The notes beneath the pieces are model-generated. The model had not been told where the DNA came from. It did not search any database and worked only from the letters and a program-made list of their open reading frames with translations. Shown piece by piece: positions 18,914 to 27,155 of a DNA stretch of 64,000 nucleotides. The stretch covers positions 15,653 through 79,652 of the forward strand of contig CAVUJG010000021.1 of NCBI GenBank assembly GCA_963741755.1, given 5' to 3'. Within the stretch, counting starts at the first letter, position 1, and every line of letters starts with the position of its first letter. Source of the DNA: Ilumatobacteraceae bacterium (GTDB lineage Bacteria; Actinomycetota; Acidimicrobiia; Acidimicrobiales; Ilumatobacteraceae). The translations under genes and the position numbers were made by a program.

Positions 18914-20215
18914 GTGACACCCCTGTCTCTATGGTTGTCGGTATGGAGGTCGCAGGGGTGGTCGAGCGGGTCGGGGCGATTGCTTCGGTGCGTGCGAACA
19001 CTGCGCGCGACGGCTGATCTGATCGAGTCCGGTCTGGTCGCGGTGCGTGAGGTGCAGGCCTGGTGCGATGCGCAACACGCCGGGCTGGTCGAAGCGTTGG
19101 CTGGGGTCGATTCGTTTCCGGAACAGCGTGTCGCGAAGGCGTCGAAGAAGTCGTTGAGCAACGCTGCGAAGACGACGGAGCGGTCCGCGACGTTGACGAA
19201 GACCCCGAAGTTGGCGGACGCTCTTGGTGACGGGGCGATCACCGCCGATCACGTCGATGCGGTCACCGCAGCGTCGAAGAAACTCGACGCCGCCAAACGA
19301 CCCGAATTGATGAAACGAGCCAATGCCCTGGCGGAGGTCGCGAAGGCCGGCACCGTCGAGCAGTTCACCCGACGACTGGATCTGGAGACGAAACGGTTGC
19401 AGGAAGACGACGGACTCGATCGGTTGGGTCGGCAGCGACGCAACGTGCGCGCCCGAACCTGGGTGGATTCCGAGGGGATGTGGAACCTGTCGGTCAAGTT
19501 CGACCCGGTCACCGGTGTCAGGATCGCGGCGCGGATCGATGCCATGGTGCAGGCCCTGTTCGGTGAGGCGGTGCCCGACGAGTGTCCGGATGATCCGATC
19601 GAGAAACAGCGCTACCTCGCCGCGCACGCCATCGCCCGACTCCTGCTCGACGAAGCCCTCGGAACCGAACCTGGCGACGACACGGGTGCGACCTCGGCCA
19701 CCAGTGCCGCCGGTGCGGCCGAAGCCGGGACGGCCCGAGTTCGTCGTGGTGATCGACGCCGACGCCACCGGTCAGGTGGGCCCGGTCGGCGAGTTCTCGA
19801 TCCCTGTCGAGATCCCCGCCCGCGTGCTCGCCACGTTGGCCGGCGACGCCGACGTGCACGCCGTGGTGGTTCGCAACGGTGTCGTGCTCCACGCACCCGG
19901 CGAACTGAACTTGGGTCGTACGACCCGGTTGGCGAACCGGGCGCAGCGTCGTGCCTTGCGCGGGCTGTACCGGTGCTGTGCCATCCCGGGCTGTTCGGTC
20001 GCGTACGACCGTTGCAAACTGCATCACGTCATCTGGTGGCGCAACCAGGGCCGCACCGACCTCGACAATCTGCTGCCGGTTTGCAGCATCCATCACGCCA
20101 AGATCCACCACGACGGCTGGACATCGAACTCGGACCCAACCGCCGACTCACCCTCACCCTCCCCGACGGCACCATCCACACCACCGGACCACCCGGCCGA
20201 CGAACCGCCGCCTGA
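18914..20215 (+). pseudogene. DUF222 / HNH endonuclease (13E12-repeat-type gene), disrupted by at least two frameshifts
   Basis: The DUF222 N-half is in the frame of ORF 18914. The HNH core CAIPGC...CKLHHVIWW...NLLPVCSIHHAKIHHDGW is in the frame of ORF 19323. The conserved tail IELGPNRRLTLTLPDGTIHTTGPP is back in the first frame. Confidence 0.8.
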
Positions 20216-20264
20216 CCCACACCGGGCCGGGCACCGAAATCGACGGAGAATCCGCAACCGACGC

Positions 20265-20646
20265 TCAGCGCTGGGCATCCAGTGCTGCGACGTCACGGGC
20301 CGGAGCGGTCAGACGGTAGGACGCGTCGAGCAACTCCGCCGATCTCGGCCCAGTCGGTGGCGTCGTCGAGATCGATCCCGATCCACCCGGACGGCCCCAG
20401 GTAGGCCGGCACGTAGGTTCGGTCGTCCTCGAGGAGCGCTCGACGATCGCTCTCGTCGGGTTGCACCACGATCGAGTGCGAGTGCTGGATCCACTCGCCG
20501 TCGACCTTCAGCGATCCGCCGTAGTAGGCGAAGACCTTCTTGGTGAAGAACGCCGGCCGGCCGTGCGACACCTTCTCGCCGGTGTTCGGCAGTGAGGCCG
20601 CCAAACGCCGAATCTGTTCGAGGAACGGGTCGTCGTCATCGAACAT
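20265..20646 (-). CDS. MmcQ/YjbR-family protein, probable 3' frameshift
   Basis: The protein starts MFDDDDPFLEQIRRLAASLP...HGRPAFF. After ...DWAEIG the family-typical end LLDASYRLTAP is in a different frame (stop 20265-20267). The annotated frame ends at 20293 with unconserved residues. Confidence 0.65.
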
Positions 20647-20811
20647 CGGGGAGTGAGCCACCTCCTGATCGTATGCGCAGCGTTCGAGCGCGCCGGGCGA
20701 GGGTCGTTGCACCGAGCGCTTCTGACGGCGATCATGACGGCATGACGAGCGTCAAACCAACAGTCGAAGATCACACGTGCCTTCGTCCGCTTCCAGAACA
20801 ACCCGTCGTCG

Positions 20812-21227
20812 GTGCGCTACGCCGCGGCCGCGATCATCAGTTCGACCACCGCGATCTCGTCGATCGTCGGCGCCATCGTCATGCGCCTGCTTCGATGGCA
20901 AGCAGTACGAGACGTTCGGCGAGGTCGCTGTGGTTCACGCTCCAGACCGTCACCACCGTCGGCTACGGCGACAACACACCCACGTCCGTCGTCGGTCGGG
21001 TGGTCGCGTCGGTCGTGATGTTGGTGTCGATCGGCCTGATCAGCGTGATCACGGCCGCCGTCACGTCGATGTTCATTCGATCCGTGAGTCGTGACGACCA
21101 GGAGAACGACCGCCGGGTCGTCGCCGAGGCTCTCGCACGAATCGAGGAGAAGCTCGCAGAGGCCCACGAGCGACTCGAGCGCATCGAGCAACGCAACCCA
21201 CAACCGCCGAGCAGCAGCGACCACTGA
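20812..21227 (+). pseudogene. two-TM K+ channel (TVGYGD selectivity filter) split over three frames
   Basis: TM1 (RYAAAAIISSTTAISSIVGAIVMRLL) is in frame 1. DGKQYETFGE is in frame 2. SLWFTLQTVTTVGYGDNTP plus TM2 and a coiled C-terminus are in frame 3. Shifts are at ~20887-20892 and ~20921-20925. Start is uncertain (GTG 20812 or ATG 20742 with a further shift). Confidence 0.75.
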
Positions 21228-21256
21228 ATGCCGCAGCGCCGGGCGTGGCGCCGCGA

Positions 21257-22189
21257 TCAGTCGGCCAGCGCCGGTTCCGAGAGTCGCTCGACCACGACCT
21301 CCGATGCCTCGGGCACGTCGGCGCCAGCGAGCCAGGCGAGCACCATGGCGTTCACCGTCTCGGGTGCCTCTTGTTGCACCCAGTGCGAGACGCCGGGAAG
21401 GAACCGCATCGTGAGGTCACTCACGAACTGATCCGTTCCGTTCGTCGTTTCCTTCGAGAGCGCCACGTCTTCCAGGCCCCAGACCAGCAGCGTTGGCGTC
21501 TCGATCGTCGCGAGATCCTCCGACGCTGAGCGCCGAGCGCCACGAAATGCTGCCCGGTAGTAGTTGATCATCGAGCGCATGGCGCCGGGGCGCAACGCCG
21601 CCTGCCGGTACACGTCGACGACCTCGTCGGGAAATCTCGTGGGATCGACTGCGGACTTGGTGAATGCATCACCGACCGCCTTCGCTCGTCGGGCGCACAG
21701 CAGCTTCTCCGGCAACCAGGGAATCTGGAAGAAGAAGATGTACCAGGACTTGAGCAGCTGGCGAACGCTGCGCAGCTCGCGCTGCATGCACGCCGGGTGC
21801 GGCACGTTCATGATCACCAGGCGCTCCAGCGGGCGAACGCGGCGAATCGCGAACATCCACGCCTGGGCCGCTCCCCAGTCGTGACCGATCAGGGTGACGT
21901 CGGTTCGACCCGAGACGTCGATCAACCCACCGATGTCGGCGAGCAAGCGATCCATCGAGTAGTCCGACACGTTCGGCGGCTTCGACGACTCGCCATAGCC
22001 CCGCAGGTTCGGCGCCCAGACTTCGTAGCCCGCATCGGCGAGCGCCGGGATCTGGTACCGCCACGAGAAGGCCGATTCCGGGAATCCGTGCAGGAGCAGC
22101 GCCAGCCCACGCTCGCCTCCCTCGTTCGTGACCGACACCTGCAGATCGACGTCGTTCACGGAGATGGTTCGGTAGGTCAACGGGTCCAT
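21257..22189 (-). CDS. alpha/beta hydrolase, epoxide-hydrolase-like
   Basis: ATG is at 22189. Motifs HGFPES, the nucleophile region GHDWGA and the C-terminal SHWVQQE are present. Confidence 0.85.
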   Translation of the reverse strand: MDPLTYRTISVNDVDLQVSVTNEGGERGLALLLHGFPESAFSWRYQIPALADAGYEVWAPNLRGYGESSKPPNVSDYSMDRLLADIGGLIDVSGRTDVTLIGHDWGAAQAWMFAIRRVRPLERLVIMNVPHPACMQRELRSVRQLLKSWYIFFFQIPWLPEKLLCARRAKAVGDAFTKSAVDPTRFPDEVVDVYRQAALRPGAMRSMINYYRAAFRGARRSASEDLATIETPTLLVWGLEDVALSKETTNGTDQFVSDLTMRFLPGVSHWVQQEAPETVNAMVLAWLAGADVPEASEVVVERLSEPALAD

Positions 22190-22290
22190 CACCCCATGGT
22201 GCCATCCCGACAGGACGCTGGAATACGCGGGCGAACCATCCGGTTGCATGACGAGTACAGATACCCCCACCAGTATTGGAGCAAGGACTC

Positions 22291-22665
22291 ATGGCCGCCA
22301 TCGAACTGACCATCGACAACTTCGAACAGACGATCAACGACAACGACACCGTGTTCGTCGACTTCTGGGCCGAATGGTGTGGGCCGTGCCGTCAGTTCGG
22401 ACCGGTCTTCGAAGCCGCCGCCGAACAGCACACCGACATCGTGTTCGGAAAGGTCGACGCCGACACGCAACAGGAACTCGCCGGCCACTTCAACGTCCGG
22501 TCGATTCCCACACTGATGGCGATCCGCGACAACGTGGTGCTGTTCTCACAACCAGGAGCGCTCCCCGCCCACGCACTCGACGAACTGATCGGCCAGATCA
22601 AAGAGATCGACATGGACGAAGTCCGCCGGCAGATCGCCGAGCAGCAGGACTCAGCAGCCGACTGA
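22291..22665 (+). CDS. thioredoxin
   Basis: ATG 22291 follows GGAGCAAGGA. The active site is WAEWCGPC. Confidence 0.9.
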   Translation: MAAIELTIDNFEQTINDNDTVFVDFWAEWCGPCRQFGPVFEAAAEQHTDIVFGKVDADTQQELAGHFNVRSIPTLMAIRDNVVLFSQPGALPAHALDELIGQIKEIDMDEVRRQIAEQQDSAAD

Positions 22666-22739
22666 ACCGGAACCGGCCGGCGTCAGCTGGCGAGAGTTGC
22701 CTCACGGTCGGATCCACGCCGCCACGCTACGTTCGGACC

Positions 22740-23192
22740 ATGAGCACATCGGCACCGATCGACACCTGTATCGCCAACTGGCACCGCCACATGCACGGGG
22801 AACTCCCCGGGGGTCTCGATGCCATCCTGCACCAGGACTGCACGTTCCTGTCGCCGATCGTGTTCACACCGCAGCAGGGCCGCGACATCACCAAGCTCTA
22901 TCTGACGGCCGCCGGCAACACGCTCGGCGGCAGCGACGGCGACGTGACCGAGGCGATGAAGGCCGGATCCTCCGATGGCGGATTCCGGTATGTCAAGGAG
23001 GTGCTCCAGGGCCACCACGCCGTGTTGGAGTTCGAGACGACCGTCGAGGGGAAGTACGCCAACGGCGTCGACATCATCACCTGCGACGACGACGGGATGA
23101 TCACCGAGTTCAAGGTGATGATGCGACCGCTGCAGGCGATCAATGCGGTTCACGCGCAGATGAAGGCGATGCTGGAACGGCTCGCCGACTGA
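22740..23192 (+). CDS. NTF2/SnoaL-like fold protein
   Basis: 150 aa from ATG 22740. Size and pattern (WHRHMHG...VLEFETTVEGKYANGVDIITCDDDGMITEFKV) fit SnoaL-like proteins. The upstream part of the track ORF is shadow. Confidence 0.65.
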   Translation: MSTSAPIDTCIANWHRHMHGELPGGLDAILHQDCTFLSPIVFTPQQGRDITKLYLTAAGNTLGGSDGDVTEAMKAGSSDGGFRYVKEVLQGHHAVLEFETTVEGKYANGVDIITCDDDGMITEFKVMMRPLQAINAVHAQMKAMLERLAD

Positions 23193-23212
23193 ACCGAACG
23201 GCGCTTCGACCG

Positions 23213-24478
23213 TCAGTCGGTCGAACGAGCGGTCGGTGTGAAGCTCACCGGCAACCGCTTGATGCCACCGACGAGCGGCAGGCCGACGGTGTCGAGCGGC
23301 ACGGCCGGGCCGGTCACCTCGAGGTCAGGCAGGCGCTTGAAGAGCTCACGGAAGACGACGGCCACTTCACGGCGCGCCAGGTTGGCACCGAGGCAGAAGT
23401 GCGGGCCCGGGCCGCCGAAGCCGACGTGCGGGTTCGGCGAGCGACGGACGTCGAATCGCTCGGGATCGCTGAACACCCGCGGGTCACGGTTGGCGGCGCC
23501 GTAGAACATCACGAACTTGTCGCCCTCGTGGAACTGCTCGCCGGCGAGGCTGACGTCTCCGGTGGCGGTACGACGCATGAACGTGACCGGCGAGGCAACA
23601 CGAACGATCTCTTCGACGGCGCCCTGGGTGACGCCCTCGACATCGGCCTGCCAGAGCGCGCGCTGGTCGGGATTCTTCGACAGCAGGTTCACGCCATGGC
23701 TGATCGCCGTGCGCGTGGTGTCGTTGCCGGCGACCGCGAGCAGCACGAACAGCGACGTGATCTCCGCCGGCGTGAGCAGGTCCTCGGGCAGTTGGTTGTG
23801 GATCAGCTTGGAGGTGAGGTCATCGGTCGGATTCGACCGGCGCTCCTCGATCAACTCGCCCATCAGCGTCGCCAGTGACATACCGGCGTTCAGGAATGCC
23901 TCGATGCCGCCGTCCTCGCCGACGAACTCGGGGTCGCCGCCGCTCAAGATGACGTTGGTGGCGTCGAGCACCGTCTTGAACTCGCTGCGCGGGATGCCCA
24001 TCATGTCGCAGATGATCAGCAGCGGGAACGGCTGCGACAGCACCTCGACCAGGTCGACCTCGCCGCGCTCGCAGAACCCGTCGATCACTTCGGTGCAGAT
24101 CGCCTCGACCGATGTGAACACCTTCTGCAACTCGGTCGGCGTGAAGCTGTAGGCGATGATGCGCCGCTGATGTGCATGGCGCGGATTGTCCATGTTGATG
24201 AAGCCGCCGAAGAATTCGAGCATCTCCATCGGCAGGTCGAACACCGACGTGGCGCCCTTGCCGGAGCAGAACTGGTCGGGGTGCTTGCTGACATGGACGA
24301 CCTCGTCGAAGCGGGGCAGCGCATAGATCGTCTCGGTCGTGTCACCGTCGAGGGTGTTGGGCACCTCGATGGGGAGCACGGCACCGAGTTCGCGGATGTC
24401 GGCGAATTCGGTCATCCGATCCTCCAGCGTCTGGGTCCAGAAACTGGGCTCGATGAGGCGGGATGCGCTGGTGTTCAT
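23213..24478 (-). CDS. cytochrome P450
   Basis: The heme loop is FGGPGPHFCLGANLAR, the I-helix is AGNDTT, and the ExxR motif is EEIVR. Confidence 0.95.
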   Translation of the reverse strand: MNTSASRLIEPSFWTQTLEDRMTEFADIRELGAVLPIEVPNTLDGDTTETIYALPRFDEVVHVSKHPDQFCSGKGATSVFDLPMEMLEFFGGFINMDNPRHAHQRRIIAYSFTPTELQKVFTSVEAICTEVIDGFCERGEVDLVEVLSQPFPLLIICDMMGIPRSEFKTVLDATNVILSGGDPEFVGEDGGIEAFLNAGMSLATLMGELIEERRSNPTDDLTSKLIHNQLPEDLLTPAEITSLFVLLAVAGNDTTRTAISHGVNLLSKNPDQRALWQADVEGVTQGAVEEIVRVASPVTFMRRTATGDVSLAGEQFHEGDKFVMFYGAANRDPRVFSDPERFDVRRSPNPHVGFGGPGPHFCLGANLARREVAVVFRELFKRLPDLEVTGPAVPLDTVGLPLVGGIKRLPVSFTPTARSTD

Positions 24479-24572
24479 GGATCTCCTGAGACGTCCGAGC
24501 GGTGGGGGTGCCGCCGCGTCGTACGCTAGCGATCGAGCCCTCGAGGGAGCCAGTCGCCAGGATCCAGGAGGG

Positions 24573-25094
24573 TCACGCAGACCGAAGCGCTCGAACGAGG
24601 TCGCGCTTGCTCATCGAGCTGCGGCCCTCGATGTCGAGTTCCTGGGCTCGTTCGTAGAGCTCGGCCTTCGTCCAGTTGTCGAGCGAGGCGGGCCGACCAT
24701 CACCGTCGGGCTCCATCGCGCGTGCAGCGTCGTCGAGCAGTGCGGTCGTCGCAGACTGCGCAGCCGCTCCGGTGCGCTTCGTCTGAGCTTGGGCCTGCCC
24801 GATCGTCTCCTTGCTGGTGCGGCGCGCCGTCGCGGACGTGCGCTCGACGGCCGACCGTGCCTGGCCGACGCTCGTCGACCACGCAGAGTTCGCCGTCGAC
24901 GTCAACTGGCCCAGCTGACGGCCGACGTCGGTGGCCACGTCGGCAGCGGTGCTGTTCACTCGATGGGCAACCGCTCGGGTGACCCCGATTGCCCTGGCAG
25001 GAACTGCCGGGAGGTCGGCTTCGAGGCGGTCGAGGCGTTGCGTCAGCTCGTCGAGTCGACGGGTGATCTCAGAATTGATGTCGAGGCTGGTCAT
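24573..25094 (-). CDS. coiled-coil protein with C-terminal Rho-N/SAP-like domain
   Basis: GGGAGG lies before ATG 25094. The C-terminus is WTKAELYERAQELDIEGRSSMSKRDLVRALR. The same module occurs in the small gene at 37.4-37.6 kb. Confidence 0.6.
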   Translation of the reverse strand: MTSLDINSEITRRLDELTQRLDRLEADLPAVPARAIGVTRAVAHRVNSTAADVATDVGRQLGQLTSTANSAWSTSVGQARSAVERTSATARRTSKETIGQAQAQTKRTGAAAQSATTALLDDAARAMEPDGDGRPASLDNWTKAELYERAQELDIEGRSSMSKRDLVRALRSA

Positions 25095-25136
25095 GGTCCG
25101 AGCCTCCCCATTCTTCGCAGTGTCGAAACCAATCGA

Positions 25137-25457
25137 TCACGCCGCGCTGGCTTCGGCTGCATGACGGATCCGATGCTCGACGTCGGCCGACGAACGGCGA
25201 CGCCGTGCGAACCAGACAACGGCAATGATCGTGCCGACGACGATCCCGCCGATCAGCAGCGGACGCAGCGCGATCGAGCGGCTCCCTCCGACGACTCGAT
25301 CGACGACATCGTCCGACCACTCGATGTTGGTTGGCCATTCGAGGTTGGAGGGCAGCCAGGACGGCGTGACGCCCGACGGGAACTCGTTTGCCAGACGCCC
25401 TCCGACGTCTCGAAGTGCATCGATCGCGTCGCTGGCGGTTTCGGTGGCAGTGGACAT
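25137..25457 (-). CDS. small single-TM protein
   Basis: AGGAGG lies before ATG 25457. The C-terminal TM is LLIGGIVVGTIIAVVWF followed by RRRR. Confidence 0.5.
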   Translation of the reverse strand: MSTATETASDAIDALRDVGGRLANEFPSGVTPSWLPSNLEWPTNIEWSDDVVDRVVGGSRSIALRPLLIGGIVVGTIIAVVWFARRRRSSADVEHRIRHAAEASAA

Positions 25458-25535
25458 GGTGACCTCCTGGTCGAGCTGGTCGGGATGCTGTGCCGCAGTG
25501 CTTCCCACGCCGACGAGAACGAAACCCGCCGCAAC

Positions 25536-27011
25536 TCAGGCAACATCGTCGACGGCTCGCATCATCCGGCGAAGCATCGCGGGGAAGATGACGGCGTGGA
25601 AGGGCACGAGCACCCACCAGTACGCCCTGCCGAAGATCCCCTTCGGCACGAACTGGGCCCGCTGCGTGACGACCGTACCCGAGCCGTCTCCGGCGGTCGT
25701 CGTGGTCCATTCGAGCCACGCGTCGCCCGGCACCTTCATCTCGGCGTGCAAGCGGAAGAGGTCGTCCCCGATCGCCTCGACCCGCCAGAAGTCGAGTGCT
25801 TCGCCGACGCCGATGTCGTCGGGGTGTCGGCGGCCACGGCGCAACCCGACGCCGCCGACCGCCTTGTCGACCGCGCCTCGAAGTGCCCACAATGGCCCGA
25901 AGCCGTACCAGCCTCTCGCTCCGCCGACGCCGCGCACGACACGCTGCACGTCCGCGCTCGCCGCGTCGACGGTCAGGGTGCGACAGTCCTCGTAGACCGT
26001 GCCCCCGGCCCATGACGGATCCCACGGTGCCGGTCGGGCAGCGAGCTGACGCGACGAGTACCCCGACCACCGCGTGGGGATGTCGAGATCGTCCACGGCC
26101 GACAGCGCCGCCTCGATCGCGGCGGCGACACCCAGCGGCTCATCCGTAGACAACTGGCCTGCGCTGTCGTCGGTGACCACCACGTCGTTCTTCAAGCTGC
26201 CGATGAGACTGTCGGCGAGCGCCTTGGGCAGGGGCGTGACCAGGTTCACCCAGTGCGCCGACAGACGCGGCGTGAGAAACGGCACCGGCACGATCAGCCG
26301 CCGACGCACACCCGCCACGTCCGCGTAGATGTGCATCAGGTCGCGATACGTGAATTGCTCGCGAGCGCCGATCTCGATGACGTCGTGGTGAGCGGCCGGC
26401 CCCCGTCGGACTGCCGCCACGAGATACGTGAGGAGGTCGACGATCGCAATCGGCTGGACACGGGTCGTGGTCACCCAGCGCGGCGCCAGCATCGCCGGCA
26501 ACACCTCGACGAGACTGCGCAACATCTCGAACGACGCCGACCCGGCACCGAGAATGATCGCCGCACGGAGCTCGGTGACGGGCGTCGCACCCGCGGCGAG
26601 TTCAATGCCCACGTCATGGCGGGACTGGAGGTGCGGAGACAGTTCGTCGGAGTCGTCACCGAGTCCACCGACGTAGACGAGGTGGCGTACGCCGGCGCGT
26701 TCGGCGGCGAGGCGGGCATGGCGCGCGGTCAAGCGTTCCTGCTGCATGAAGTCGTCGCCGACGCCGAGCGAATGGACGAGATACACCACCTGCTCGACGC
26801 CGTCGAAGGCTGCCTCGATCGATGACAGATCGGAGAGGTCGCCACCGACGACCTCGACATCTCCAGCCCACGGTGTCGCGGCCAGACCCTCGGGCGTGCG
26901 GGTGAGGCATCGAACGATGTACCCCGCTTCGATGAGCTGCGGCACGAGACGACCCCCGACGTAACCGGTCGCGCCGAGCACCAGCACCCGCCGAGGCTGA
27001 TCGCGATCCAT
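25536..27011 (-). CDS. NAD(P)H-binding SDR-family protein fused to a DUF2867-like C-terminal domain
   Basis: ATG is at 27011. The Rossmann motif is VLVLGATGYVGGRL. A long conserved C-terminal half is present. Confidence 0.8.
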   Translation of the reverse strand: MDRDQPRRVLVLGATGYVGGRLVPQLIEAGYIVRCLTRTPEGLAATPWAGDVEVVGGDLSDLSSIEAAFDGVEQVVYLVHSLGVGDDFMQQERLTARHARLAAERAGVRHLVYVGGLGDDSDELSPHLQSRHDVGIELAAGATPVTELRAAIILGAGSASFEMLRSLVEVLPAMLAPRWVTTTRVQPIAIVDLLTYLVAAVRRGPAAHHDVIEIGAREQFTYRDLMHIYADVAGVRRRLIVPVPFLTPRLSAHWVNLVTPLPKALADSLIGSLKNDVVVTDDSAGQLSTDEPLGVAAAIEAALSAVDDLDIPTRWSGYSSRQLAARPAPWDPSWAGGTVYEDCRTLTVDAASADVQRVVRGVGGARGWYGFGPLWALRGAVDKAVGGVGLRRGRRHPDDIGVGEALDFWRVEAIGDDLFRLHAEMKVPGDAWLEWTTTTAGDGSGTVVTQRAQFVPKGIFGRAYWWVLVPFHAVIFPAMLRRMMRAVDDVA

Positions 27012-27110
27012 CTGCTCATCCTGCCCGCTCCATCGGCGATGAACCATGTCACGCGTCGCGTTCGTCGGTCACCACGGGCGGTCGAGTTCTGCTGGCGTTG
27101 CGGGCGCCGA

Positions 27111-27138
27111 TGACATAGTGTCAAGGCCCAATCAAGGC
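27111..27138. promoter_or_regulatory. palindrome TGACATAGTGTCA plus direct repeat TCAAGGC(N4)TCAAGGC upstream of the secreted-protein gene
   Basis: The palindrome is at 27111-27123 and the repeats at 27121-27127 and 27132-27138. They lie 18-45 nt before ATG 27156. Confidence 0.25.
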
Positions 27139-27155
27139 GAAGGCGGAGGTCGGGG

